Origin: Macrostomum lignano
Taxonomy: Eukaryota
Direction: 5' to 3'
Assembly (NCBI GenBank): GCA_002269645.1
Contig: NIVC01000262.1
Coordinates: forward strand, 62,001 to 126,000
Length of the DNA stretch: 64,000 nucleotides
This document shows, piece by piece, positions 29,927-43,150 of the stretch. The position numbers were made by a program, and so were the translations under genes. The number at the start of each line of letters is the position of its first letter. The stretch's first letter is position 1. The notes below the pieces were generated by a model, which made no database searches, was not told the DNA's origin, and saw only the letters and a program-made list of their open reading frames with translations.

Positions 29927-32900
29927 CTAATCAGTCAGAAAGTTCCACGGAAACAGTTCCGCCGGAAGTGGAAACGCATTGGACCGGTACTTGTGACAGT
30001 CAGGATCGAAGCAGCGCTGCTCAAACGACTGCTCAGCCAGGTTGACAAGGAAATAGACGTGATTGCTTCTGTGGTGCCGCTCCACTCGATGGCAATACCG
30101 ATAGTTGCTAGGGAACAGGGTGAGGATCTGATTGGCTGGGCAGTATGACCACATCCTTAACTGGCCTTGATTAGACATCACCGTGACGAGGAAGTGCCGA
30201 TCAACTTCCGGGTAGGGAGATGGCGGGCGGCCCTGAGAAGAAGTGACATTGAATTAATAGGATTACCTTAATTATAGTCGCAAAAATACTTCTTATTGAA
30301 AAAATTTGCGCGTAAGCTACTTTCAGTAGTGCACAAAATAGAAAGGTTAAATAAATTAATCATTTTGATGTAGTTTTGCTTAACCAGACGAATAGCGGCA
30401 TTCCACACGCAAACTTCTGTTAATTAAAAAAAATTTTTGAAAGAGATTTCTTAATGTTTCAACCTAACCTTCATATTTCTGTAGTGAGGGCATCGTTTAG
30501 GGCGTAACAAAAATTTGAGTTTAGTAAAAAATGTCAGTAGATAGGTTAATTTAGGCTTTGCAGGATTTTCTACAAGTTTTTCTCAAGAGCAGTTGAGCTC
30601 TGGAACAAGTTTGTGTGTGTTTGTTTGTTTGTTTGTTAGTTCCTTTCCGCCATTCAAATCTTTTAAGTTGAACTTAATTAATTTAATATATTTTAAAAGG
30701 GGTAATTATGACTCACGACTTTGAGGTCGGGGGCTCGATTCCCGATCCCACTAGAAAAAAACTTGGTGTCCTTAAGCAAGACGCTTAACTCTGCATTGCT
30801 TCAGTTCACCCAGCTGTAAAATGGGTGCCAGTATTAGCTAAGGTAACTGAGGGTGTGTGGCGACCCCCCAGTCCTTGGACTGATCATTAGTATGGGGCGA
30901 AAGAATTTTAATCTCTTAGCTGAGCCAGTGAGCGAACTAAACCCACCTGAAGCAATTCTTGACCGTCACGGGCCGATCGCAATCGAAGCTGCGAACTCGG
31001 ACAAGAGGAACACAAACTTGTTGTCGGATTTGAATTGGCGCCAGATGACCGACGACTAGCGGATTCGAACCAACAACCACCGTTGACGCCGCCGGTGCAG
31101 CCGGAGGGTGCCGCTAGCGCCGATACCAAATGCGGCACCGGCGTTATCAAACTCCGGCGCAGGATTTCAGCTTCCAATTCGGAGGCCGGAGTGGAGGAAG
31201 AAGCCGGCGGAGGCCAGGGTAGCAGCGGGGACTTTGGCTTGGCAAGCTTAGCCGAATAAGCGGTGCGGAAGTTCCGGTTGCGAGAGTAAACCGACAGGTC
31301 GGCAAGGAACGAGCGACGATTCGAAGACTGTTGAGGATCCAAAGGAGCAAAGGGAAATAGCAGCTGCGATTCGGACACGCTGGGATTAAAGCAGAAACTT
31401 GGTGACTTTTTGGCTTCGAAATCCTTGGGATTTCCGATGGAATTTGCTGTGATACTTGGGGCACCACTTCCGGTTAAATTTGGAGCTTCACTTCCGGTTG
31501 AATTTGGAGCTTCACTTCCGGTTGAATTTGGAGCTTCACTTCTGGTTAAATTACGAGCTTCACTTCCGGTTAAATTACGAGCTTCACTTCCGGTTAAATT
31601 ACGAGCTTCACTTCCGGTTAAATTACGAGCTTCACTTCCGGTTAAATTGCGAGCTTCACTTCCGGTTAAATTGCGAGCTTCACTTCCGGTTAAATTGCGA
31701 GCTTCACTTCCGGTTAAATTGCGAGCTTCACTTCCGGTTAAATTGCGAGCTTCACTTCCGGTTAAATTGCGAGCTTCACTTCCGGTTAAATTGCGAGCTT
31801 CACTTCCGGTTAAATTAAGAGATCCACTTCCGGTCGAATGGTGAACTTCACCAGCGCTCGATTGTTCGAGACTTTTTAAAATGCGTATCCTTAATTCCTG
31901 GCAGTTTAGGCACAGATTATTAGCTAATCTGTACACCGGAAGTCCGTGATCTAACTCGTCCGCAAACGTGTCTAAAGCTAGCCATTCCATCAGTAGGGCG
32001 TAGGCAAAACGAATAAAACGACCCATTATCTCGTTGTTGGAGAATACCTTAAAATTAGTGTTTTAAAAAAAGTATGCGTTTTATACTACTCAGTACCTGG
32101 CTAGTAGACAAGTAAAGAAAAGCATAAGAAAAATATTAAATCAAAATTCAATGCTTACAACATTAGGAAAGATAACGTGACGACTAAACTTCTGATCTGT
32201 GCTGGCATCCAGTTGTACAGCTTCTAGCCAATCAGAATGAGTTGCTGCAGTGTCACCAAATGCCACAGTCAGCAAGTTGCGAATAAATCCTAGTAGAATG
32301 TCCGTAGCCATTGATCCGTCTAGATCAGGGTTTGATAACCTGTCGAACTCCAGGTCGAAGTATAGGCGGCATCTGGGGAGAGGGTGAATCGGAGGGTGAA
32401 TCAGAGAATTCAGAGGGCAGTTCTCAATAGAGATCAGATGGCAATTCTCAATAGAGATCAGATGGCAATTCTCAATAGAGATCAGATGGCGACTCTCAAT
32501 AGAGATCAGATGGTGACTCTCAATAGAGATCAGATGGCAACTTTCAATAGAGATCAGATGGCAATTCTCAATAAAGATCAGATGGCGACTCTCAATAGAG
32601 ATCAGATGGTGACTCTCAATAGAGATCAGATGGCAATTCTCAATAGAGATCAGATGGCGACTCTCAATAGAGATCAGATGGTGACTCTCAATAGAGATCA
32701 GATGGCAACTTTCAATAGAGATCAGATGGCAATTCTCAATAAAGATCAGATGGCGACTCTCAATAGAGATCAGATGGTGACTCTCAATAGAGATCAGATG
32801 GCAATTCTCAATAGAGATCAGATGGCGACTCTCAATAGAGATCAGATGGTGACTCTCAATAGAGATCAGATGGCAACTTTCAATAGAGATCAGATGGCAA

Positions 32901-33557
32901 TTCTCAATAAAGATCAGATGGCGACTCTCAATAGAGATCAGATGGCAATTCTCAATAGATCAGATGGCAATTCTCAATAAAGATCAGATGGCGACTCTCA
33001 ATAGAGATCAGATGGCAATTCTCAATAGAGATCAGATGGCGACTCTCAATAGAGATCAGATGGCAATTCTCAATAGATCATATGGCAATTCTCAATAGAT
33101 CAGATGGCAACTCTCAATAGATCAGATGGCAATTCTCAATAGAGATCAGATGGAAATTTAGAGACAGACAAACAACCAGACTGTACCTGGAGCCCTCGGG
33201 AATAAGTTCGTACAGGTGTCTCCGGCCAACAGGGTGGCCCAGCAGGTAGTCAATACCTGTCTGCAAATCGCACACAAAGTACAGCCTCTGGCCCTGGTAA
33301 CCAAGGGACGCAGACTCGCTACTCATCACCAACGGAGGCAATTTCGACGGTTCTAAACAACTGTCACCATGGCAACAACGCTTATAGTATTCTAACGCGT
33401 CAGATTGGCTGCGAAAATAATCAGAGAATTGCCAATCAGATAGCAGGCGCCGTTGAGCTGGCGGCGACACAATTTTATTGCCTAGCAACCGCCTAGCAAC
33501 CGATTCAAGTTCATCGGCTGATTTTCTTTTCCGTGTTAATTGTTTGCTGCTTTGCAT
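29927..33557 (-). CDS. PRIMPOL: DNA primase-polymerase PrimPol (663 aa if the 24-bp array is translated, 4 exons)
   Basis: Exons 33557-33187, 32372-32159, 32047-30947, 30232-29927, frame-consistent. Motifs GQRLYFV, HLYELIPE, CRLYFDLEF (DxE), STDQKFSRH (SxH), DLSVYSRNRNFR, SPYPEVD, and zinc finger RYC..RHHRSN..QRCFDPDC. Confidence 0.93.
30711..30880 (+). mobile_element. 5'-truncated CORE-type SINE in PrimPol intron 3 (antisense to the gene)
   Basis: GGCTCGATTCCCGATCCCAC...GTGTCCTTAAGCAAGACGCTTAAC...CTGTAAAATGGGTGCCAG aligns with 12500-12665. Confidence 0.75.
31462..31835 (-). repeat. 24-bp in-frame array inside PrimPol exon 3 (NLTGSEAR x11 plus 4-5 variants)
   Basis: Plus-strand unit GTTAAATTGCGAGCTTCACTTCCG; no stop in the PrimPol frame. 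Confidence 0.95.
32420..33152 (+). repeat. 24-bp array in PrimPol intron 1
   Basis: Unit TTCTCAATAGAGATCAGATGGCAA with recurring variant order. Confidence 0.96.
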
Positions 33558-33656
33558 GGCAGCATAGACTGCAAAATTGCAATGCGCAGAATGTACTGTT
33601 GTAAGCAGACAACAAGTTGAGATTCGAGTGTCTACGAACTTTTCTTTCCTCTCTAA

Positions 33657-34468
33657 TAGGATTTGAGTGTCTAGATAAGGATTTGAGTGTCTATATTAGG
33701 ATTTGAGTGCCTATATTAGGATTTGAGTGCCTATATTAGGATTTGAGTGTCTATATTAGGATTTGAGTGCCTATATTAGGATTTGAGTGCCTATATTAGG
33801 ATTTGAGTGCCTACTATATTAGGATTTGAGTGTCTAGATTAGGATTTCAGTGTCTATATTAGGATTTGAGTGTCTATATTAGGATTTAAGTGCCTACTAT
33901 ATTAGGATTTGAGTGTCTATATTAGGATTTGAGTGTCTAGATCAGGATTTGAGTGTCTAGATCAGGATTTGAGTGTCTAGATCAGGATTTGAGTGTCTAG
34001 ATTAGGATTTGAGTGTCTAGATCAGGATTTGAGTGTCTAGATAAGGATTTGAGTGTCTATATTAGGATTTGAGTGCCTATATTAGGATTTGAGTGCCTAT
34101 ATTAGGATTTGAGTGCCTACTATATTAGGATTTGAGTGTCTAGATTAGGATTTCAGTGTCTATATTAGGATTTGAGTGTCTAGATTAGGATTTGAGTGCC
34201 TACATTAGGAGTTGAGTGTCTATATTAGGAGTTGCGTGTCTATATTAGGAGTTGCGTGTCTATATTAGGATTTGAGTGTCTAGATAAGGACTGGATTTGA
34301 ATATATAGATTAGGAGTTGATTTGTACATCTAGAATAGGATTTGAATGTCTAGATAAGGATTTGAGTGTCTACATCAGGATTTACGTGTCTAGACAAGGA
34401 TTTGAGTGTCTAGACAAGGATTTGAGTGTCTAGATCAGGATTTGAGTGTCTAGATCAGGATTTCAGTG
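33657..34468 (+). repeat. 20-bp array between STARD7-like and PrimPol
   Basis: Unit TATATTAGGATTTGAGTGTC. Confidence 0.95.
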
Positions 34469-35051
34469 TGGAAATTACAGCAATAGAGCAATTTAATTTT
34501 CAAAAAAGAAATAAAACAAACTCAAACAATTTTAGTTTCATGAATTTTAACAAAACGATGTAACCGTAAAAGCCACACTATTATTCGCAGTATTACTTAC
34601 CAGTACTAATTATATTTGCCAGTACTAAGTCGTCACAATTCTATGTTGTACATAGGATTTACTTTTCAGCAAAAAATGCACCTCTTACGTCTTCTGTAAT
34701 TCTAATTGTATACTTGTTTTTTAAATTATAGTTTCTTTTTTGCACACCAGAAATACTACTACAATAGCTACAGTAATATACTTAGTAATATGTTAATAAT
34801 ATTTCAAAAATATTTTCGGCACAGCTTTAAGCAGACTAAGAAGAGAAAAATTAACTGAAGAAAAATATTTCATAAAACTTCAGGGCAGCAACGATGATGA
34901 AAACTTATATATACTACTTACATAGTAGGTAGAACATAGGCAGAAATGATATTTCTTTTTTTTACCAAAATGGTCAATAGATGATTTCAATTCAAAATGA
35001 TGTTAATTTTGCTAATTCCTTGTGTCTAAGATGTCTGGCGTAAATTATTAT

Positions 35052-38000
35052 TTACGAATAGATTGGCTGGGAGAAGGTGCCGCCACTCTCGGCCGATACG
35101 GGTCTCGAACCCCCCGCAACCTGTTGTGATCGGCGAAGCTTAGTAGCCTGATGCAGCTTGGACATGAAGTCTGGTAGGCCTGTCATGATGACGGTAACAA
35201 TTGGATTTGATGTGGTATGCTGATTATTGTTCTGCATTAAACCCTTGCTTGTTTCAGTACTCCATGACACTTGGCTAGTTTAGTAGTCCATAACCTTCCC
35301 TATTTTGGCTAGTTTAGTAGTCCATAACCTTCCCTATTTTGGCTAGTTTAGTAGTCCATAACCTTCCCTATTTTGGCTAGTTTAGTAGTCCATAACCTTC
35401 CCTATTTTGGCTAGTTTAGTAGTCCATAACCTTCCCTATTTTGGCTAGTTTAGTAGTCCATAACCTTCCCTATTTTGGCTAGTTTAGTAGTCCATAACCT
35501 TCCCTATTTTGGCTAGTTTAGTAGTCCATAACCTTCCCTATTTTGGCTAGTTTAGTAGTCCATAACCTTCCCTATTTTGGCTAGTTTAGTAGTCCATAAC
35601 CTTCCCTATTTTGGCTAGTTTAGTAGTCCATAACCTTCCCTATTTTAAGCAGTTTAGTAGTCCATCAACCGACTCTATTTTTAGCAGTTTAGTAGTCCAT
35701 AACCTTCCCTATTTTAAGCAGTTTAGTAGTCCATCAACCGACTCTATTTTTAGCAGTTTAGTAGTCCATCAACCGACTCTATTTTTAGCAGTTTAGTAGT
35801 CCATCAACCGACTCTATTTTTAGCAGTTTAGTAGTCCATCAACCGACTCTATTTTTAGCAGTTTAGTAGTCCATAAACCGACTCTATTTTTAGCAGTTTA
35901 GTAGTCCATAAACCGACTCTATTTTTAGCAGTTTAGTAATCCATAAACCTACCCAATTTTGAGCAGTTTAGTAGTCCATAAACCTACCCTTTTTTTCGCA
36001 GTTTAGTAGTCCATAAACCTACCCTATTTTTAGCAGTTTAGTAATCCATAAACCTACCCTATTTTTAGCAGTTTAGTAGTCCATAAACCTACCCTATTTT
36101 GAGCAGTTTAGTAGACCATAAACCTACCCAATTTTGAGAAGTTTAGTAGTCCATAAACCTACCCTATTTTTAGCAGTTTAGTAGTCCATAAACCTACCCT
36201 ATTTTTAGCAGTTTAGTAATCCATAAACCTACCCTATTTTGAGCAGTTTAGTAGTCCATAAAACTACCCTATTTTTAGCAGTTTAGTAGTCCATAAACCT
36301 ACCCTATTTTTAGCAGTTTAGTAGTCCATAAACCTACCCTATTTTGAGCAGTTTAGTAGTCCATAAACCTACCCTATTTTGAGCAGTTTAGTAGTCCATA
36401 AACCTACCCTATTTTTAGCAGTTTAGTAGTCCATAAACATACCCTATTTTAGCAGTTTAGTAGTCCATAAACATACCCTATTTTTAGCAGGTTAGTAGTC
36501 CATAAACCTACCCTATTTTGAGCAGTTTAGTAGCCCATAAACCTATCCTATTTTGAGCAGTTTAGTAGCCCATAAACCTACCCTATTTTGAGCAGTTTAG
36601 TAGCCCATAAACCTATCCTATTTTGAGCAGTTTAGTAGTCCATAAACCTCATCCTATTTTGAGCAGTTTAGTAGTCCATAAACGTCACCCTAATTCTCAA
36701 AACCAGACGAACCTCTGGTATTTTATTTTAGCAACTGAAAACTCACCAGACGAAGCCACCCAGTTATAAGCGAAACTGGGCACTGAGCTCTGCGGATTAT
36801 CGCAATAAGTGAGCACATAGTCGAATCCGTTATCCCTTAATCCCGAGTGCGGCCAGATTACCATATCGCTACGGTAATCATTAACCCGAACTGTGCCCGG
36901 TCTGGCGTCGGCCTGTCCGAAATCTTCGGCCACTGATCGATTAATAAATACAACAGCTCCAGACTGAGGGTCCACGCGCCAGCGCCGCTTGTAGATGTAC
37001 TCTCGGGGCCGCATGGGCCTGGGGTAGTAGGACACCCAGCGGATCAGGTCCGTGTTTGTGCCGCGGTCTCGGCTCAGGTACTGCAATTCTAGCACTAGAT
37101 CGTCCCATTGCTTGCGATAGTCCAGGTCCTCCATCACCTGCGGGTTGCGCCAGCGTTTTGCTTATTCTTTAAAGGATTTTTAGGGGCAATTCTTTTGGAG
37201 ATTTTGGGGCGATTGTTTTGGGGATTTTGGGGCGATTCTTTTGGAGATTTTGGGGCGATTCTTTTTGGGATTTTGAGCGATTCTTTTGGGGATTTTGGGG
37301 CGAATCTTTTTGGGATTTTGGGGCGATTCTTTAGGGGATTTTGGGGCGATTCTTTTGGAGATTTTGGGGCGATTCTTTTGGAGATTTTGGGGCGATTCTT
37401 TTGGGGATTTTGGGGCGATTCTTTTGGGGATTTTGGGGCGATTCTTTGGGGATTTTTGGGGCGAATCTTTTGGAGATTTTGGGGCGATTCTTTTTGGGAT
37501 TTTGGGGCGATTCTTTTGGGGATTTTGGGGCGATTCTTTCGGGGATTTTGGGGACTAATCTTTTAGGGATTCTTGGGGCGATTGTTTTGGGGATTTTGGG
37601 CGATGCTTTGAATTCGATGCTTCGATGCTGTGGATTAGGGCGATTTTTTGAGGATTCTAAGGCAATGTTTTTAGGGATTTTAGAGCAATTTTTGGGAAAA
37701 TTTTAAAAATTTTGAGACGATTTTTAGGCGATTTTTTGGGGTATTCTGGGGCGATTCTAAAGGGGGATTTTAAGACGTTTTTAGGGGATTTTAGGGCGAT
37801 TTTTATGTCTTTCGGGGCGATTCTAAAAGGGATTTTTACACCTCTTCAGATAGTAGGTAGGCAGTTATGGAGTGTAGGTTTAATTGTGTACACGTTCGAT
37901 TCTTTAAAGAATGCAACAATCACAGGCAACTCACTTCAACAAAAGCGGCCGGAGAAATATCGGAGAAGCGGCCGCACACCCGATATTCGTATACGGACTC

Positions 38001-38450
38001 GTGCGGCTTCTGCCACACTGTGATGTTGTCTCGACGAACTAGCAGTGACCAGCTATCCTTAGCGGTAGATTGCTGCTGTTGATTGGCTTCGGCACTACTA
38101 GAATTAGTAGCAGTACTACTATTAGTAGCAAACATTTCTCCACGAACTGCGGCGCACTCGCGCAGGCAATCCTGCAACTCTTCGTCAGTCACTCCGTAGT
38201 CGAAGGCGAACAGAGACGAACCAAGCATTAGGCGGCCGGCATTTCGTCGGAACCGCTGCCGGGTGGCTGGGCCGAACCTGTCCATCAGGCGACGCAGAAG
38301 AGTGCGTTCGGTCAGCTGCGAGCTGCAGGCTTTGGTTAGCAGAGCCCGGCCGCTAACGGAGGCCAAACGAACCAATTGAGGGTGCGTGAGGCATTGGCGA
38401 AACCCGACAATGCAGGCGTGGCAAAGCTGCCTAGCTCTGGCGGTGAACAT
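35052..38450 (-). CDS. STARD7: START-domain phosphatidylcholine transfer protein, STARD7-like (344 aa, 3 coding exons)
   Basis: Exons 38450-37935, 37137-36747, 35179-35052, frame-consistent. YEYRVCGRFSDI, DLDYRKQWDDLV, YPRPMRPREYIY, NGFDYVLTYCDNPQ, WVASSGLPDFMSKLH closely follow STARD7; Arg-rich, acid-poor N-terminus resembles a mitochondrial presequence. Confidence 0.88.
35272..36682 (+). repeat. 34/35-bp array in STARD7-like intron 2
   Basis: TAGTTTAGTAGTCCATAACCTTCCCTATTTTGGC grading to CAGTTTAGTAGTCCATAAACCTACCCTATTTTTAG. Confidence 0.96.
37175..37830 (+). repeat. ~23-bp array in STARD7-like intron 1
   Basis: Unit GGGGATTTTGGGGCGATTCTTTT, degenerate at both ends. Confidence 0.93.
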
Positions 38451-40822
38451 GGTCTCAAGTTAGAGAGTTCGATCTATATATACTGACACTTTGAGCTGGA
38501 AACAATTAGAGAGGAGAGTTGAATTCTGCCTCAGTCAGAATCTCAGTGCTATTAACACTGGCTGTGCAACTTACTTTGACCAAAAAGTGCTACTTACCTA
38601 TCAGAGAAACCTAAACATAATTAACATAATGTTGGGTAAACAGCAGGAGTAACCAAGACTATATTATTGAGGCTTAAATGCCACGTCATCTAACTAGTAC
38701 TATATCAATTTTGAGTGGGCATTTTTTGACTAACCTTGGTTGGGCCCCTTTTGTCCCTTGGTGTCTTCTTTTTCATAGAAAAGACTTGTGAAAACTGTGA
38801 TATTTTCAAAAATAGAAGCACCTCTGTTCATACATGCGCAAATGCTTGCCAACCTGGCCGATCTGGCCATTGTAAATTGTGGTGGACCAGGGGTAAGTCA
38901 CAAAAATGCCCAGCCTAAAAAATACAGACGTAGTACTAATTAGATGACGAGGTATTTAGCCCTTATAAGACAGTCATAAGTACTCCTGCCGTTTACCCGA
39001 AATTGCGTTCGGTTTTTGCGCCAGTGTAAATCAGGGGGGTTGCGCATGTATGCCTCTGTTGTTAGAATTAAACTTAATTATTAAGTTCTAACAAAATATT
39101 CATTATAAAAAGTAGCTTTAAAAAACTATTTTACTTTTTTTAGCTTTTTTTAACAAAAATGATTACAATGCCTAAATCATAATTTCAAAAATACATACCC
39201 TTTTGAACTTTAGTTAGGTTAGGTAGATATTAATGCTTTGCATTATTTGCATAGAGGCTAAATAGTCAATTAATAAACATAGGAATGGGTCTACTACTTT
39301 TTACATTTAAATGCATGTACAAAAGCTATCCCAAAAGTAGTATAACTTTATTATCTGTTATTCTAATGATACAAATATTTATCATTTTGCATAAATTTCT
39401 AGCACATACATGCCCAACACCTATTTGACCCATCCAAACCAGACAGGTAAAATGGCTGCAAGCCAAGGTAAGTTGCAAAAACAAAAATGCGAAAAATGAA
39501 AATTTGGAAGAAGAAAGAAAGGAGATGAAGAGAAAAGGAAAAGAAAAGAAGGAGAAGAGAAAGAGGGGAAAGGGGAAAGAGAAAGCGAAGAAAAAAGTAA
39601 AAGGTAAGAAAAGTATATATAAAGTTGAAATTAAGTCATAATCAAGAGAAAATAACATAAATGCGCAATCTTGGGTCAATCACTTGGCTGTTTCTATTGG
39701 CAACACATACATGTAAGTTGCTATTGGCTAAGAGCAGTCACCTGACTACTATTCCCTCCAATAGTGACTTATACGTGTGTGTTGCCAATAGAAATGGCCA
39801 GGTGAATCCCTAGGTTGCACCTAAGTGTAGGAAATAAGTTGTAATCAGGAGAAACTAAGTTGCAAATCTGGACAAAACTAAGTCATACTAGATGGGTAAA
39901 ATTTTGAACTTGGGCATGTATGTTCTAGCAGCCACTCTTTTTATATTAACTCTAATAATATTTAAAGAAATAGACAATGGAAACTAAAGCTAATGAATCT
40001 TGGTTATAATATTCTTTATCTACCAAATGGTATATATTATTTCTTTGAGCAACACTTAAATATAAACCAATATGACCAATGACTTTTGGCATAACAATAG
40101 GAAAGAACAAAAAACAATAAACTGAAGCCTAATGGGAAATATTTTGTTACTTTAAAAAGTTTTATAATTCTTTAAATTTTTTCTCTAAATAGGCCCTATC
40201 TCTTTCTCACAATTGTCTAATAAAAATATCTGAATATATTCAATAGACTGAATCAAAAATGCCCTAGGCCTATTTATGCTACATTCTACTAGTTTATTAA
40301 ATTAGGCCTATTATAAGCCTATCTATGCCACTATGACTAGACCAAGTTAATGTTACAGTGTTGTTCATAATTCTTATTTTTATTGTTTATTTAAAAAATT
40401 ATACTATTTGGATTATCAAAGCATAGGTCCCCCTAGTGCTAAATTTAAAGGGGAGGTAGTATACAGGGTACAATAGGCCTACATACTCCCTAATATATTG
40501 AAATTTTTCATTTTTAACATGAAAAATATGCATAAATTAGGATCATGTACATAGGTTAGTCAGACATGTATAATATATATTTATAGGCCTATCTTAGTAA
40601 TTTGTATTATGCCCCTTGTTCAAAATTATCTATCAATCTGCACTTGTGAAAATGAGAAATATAATTTAAAGTAATTACTTTTAGGATAGTTATAGTAGGC
40701 CTATTATATTATAATTAATCTATAATAAAGTCTAGATAAATAGGGCCTAGGCCTAAAACATTATTGGCTTAGTAGGGCCTAATACTAGTGGCAATGGAAC
40801 CATATGCATAATATTGTCATTA

Positions 40823-41610
40823 GGCTCATTCCATATAAGATGGACATATTTGGAAAATAGAAAAAAGTCAATATTTTTGCTTGCCATTGCCTAATTAGCC
40901 TATTTTTTTACCAAATGTTTATATTGTGCAATATATACTATCTAAGAATAAAGGAATAGTAAAATGTTGGATTAGTATGTTATCAATTGGCAAAAAGTCA
41001 TTTTTGTAAAAATTTGGACATTTTTTGAAGCAAAAGACATCATTAAGATTTTGTACCTTTTAAAAACAAATAGAAAGCTTTTGAAGGTTGAAACAAACTA
41101 TAGATAAAAGTATAGTACTTGCATCATCAGATAAAAGCATTGGTGACCAAATAATCTATTATATTTTTAATGTATTAGTACCTCAAAGTTACTGAATTGA
41201 CAGAAAAAAATATGTTACGACCATAATGTTACGACCATAAGGCTGCCTTTTCTTTTGTATCTTTGTTGCCTTTTGAGTTTATATATTCTAATAAAAGAGT
41301 ATGATTTCTAAAGATGTTCTTAGTCAAATTTTAAAAATGTATTGCAAAATATCAAAAATGAAAAATGTTATAAGACTTTTACCTTTTAGTTTCTATATGT
41401 CAAAAATCCTGTTGTTACGACCATAAGTGTCATTTAAGGTTTAATAGCATCTATACTAATGATGATATCTATATGAAACTCTATAAATATATTCAAGACA
41501 AAATAATCTTTCATTTAAAATATTGGTTTTTAATATATTCTATTATTAGATTTCATTTTATAAGTAAAAATAACCTGTCATGTTACGACCATGCTTATAT
41601 GGAATGAGCC
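40823..41610. mobile_element. non-autonomous TIR element with 4-bp TSD (superfamily unclear)
   Basis: Perfect 17-bp TIR GGCTCATTCCATATAAG / CTTATATGGAATGAGCC, ATTA on both flanks, four internal TGTTACGACCAT motifs. Confidence 0.78.
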
Positions 41611-42271
41611 ATTATTGGCATGGGATTATGGGAATAGGCCTAAGCATTGCCATAAATAGGCCTAGGAACTTTCTAGGACTGCTTTCATAATAATCAATCC
41701 TCTCTAGGCTTTAGTTATTTATTTTTAAATTTTGATCTTCAGTTTCAAGATTTATAAGTGGTTAGGCTAGGCCTAGCCTAGCCTGTGCCCTGTGACTATT
41801 TCTATTTGCCTTCTTAGTGGCTAACTAGGCCTACAATATTTTCATAGGCCCTTGCCTTAGCAGTTGGCCCTACCCCTAGCCTAGGCCTATTTATAATAGG
41901 GGCCTATTAAAAATATTTGATATAATAGGGGCCTAAAACAAGTTAGGCCCTACTAACAAGCTCAATATTATATAATAACTGTTTGTCCTTCTGTGACGTG
42001 TGACTAGGCCTAAGGCAAATTAGCATCATTGTACACATTTAAAAAAATGAGTCAGGTGAGTTGATGCCGATGGGTACAATACAGTAATATAGCCTACACT
42101 GTATAGTTAGTATAGTCGTAGACTGAGTAAGACTAAAAGTATGATTTATGTATGCGGCCTAGAGACTAGATTATAAAGTTTATATGCAGCTAAAGTAGGC
42201 CTAGTACTTATTCATAAAAATGTTTTTTTTTTACATTTAGCACATTAATAAGTCACATGATAATATAAAGA

Positions 42272-42487
42272 CAGTGCTTATCCCAACGGTACCGTGCGAA
42301 TAATTTTCTGCTTATCCGCACGGCACACTGACGTGTTGACACTGGCAGAAAATTATTCGCACGGCATATGTAGAAGATAGGGCAGCTATCTCCACAGTGT
42401 GCCGTGCGGATAAGCAGAAAATTATTCGCACGGTACCGTTGGAATAAGACAGAAATTATTCCTACGGTACCGTGGGGATAAGCACTG
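42272..42487. mobile_element. small hairpin MITE (CAGTG termini, hAT-like)
   Basis: TIR CAGTGCTTATCCC / GGGATAAGCACTG; internal ~55-bp inverted repeat (42272-42330 vs 42393-42447); no clean TSD. Confidence 0.65.
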
Positions 42488-42974
42488 CCTAATATAAAAT
42501 ACGCAATCAATGACAAATTATATCATTTAGTTTTAAAAATATTGCATTGCCGGTCAGTGCAGTTATTAGCATTATACCGGTGTATAGTTTGGATGCACGT
42601 GACTAATTTTAACTATTAAAAGTAAAAACATTAGTGTAAACAGCTTGCATTAAATATTGTCAATGTAAGCTTAAAAAATTGTTTTTTTTATGTTTTCAAG
42701 GACAGGAAAATATGTTCTAATTTTTTCTCTTTACTGAAATTTTAAAAGTTTCTGTTCCTATGTGGGACACGTGCGGTGTGTAGTGTGACAGTCCGTATAG
42801 GCCACGTTAGGCCTATGCCACGCCCACATGCACATACGCACGCTCAATGTCCACCAGCAAAGGGTTGTAAGTAAATGTTTAGGCCTAACTGTGCTGTACA
42901 AAACAGTTAAATTTTTATTCCAATTCTATCTCTTTTAATTCATTTATTTCTTTTCGTTTGCCCTAATTTTGTAA

Positions 42975-43150
42975 ACTTTTCGCTGGCTGATCGCCTGATC
43001 TGCCAGCTTTTGCCGATCCACCATGACCACCAGCAACTTTCGCTGATCTACCAGCTTTTGCCAATCCACAAGCAGCTTTCGCTGATCTGCCAGCTTTTGC
43101 CAATCCACCACAGCAGCTTTCGCTGATCTGCCAACTTTTGCCAATCCACC
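42975..43150 (+). repeat. ~41-45-bp repeat, about 4 copies
   Basis: TTTCGCTGATCTGCCAGCTTTTGCCAATCCACCACAGCAGC. Confidence 0.8.
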
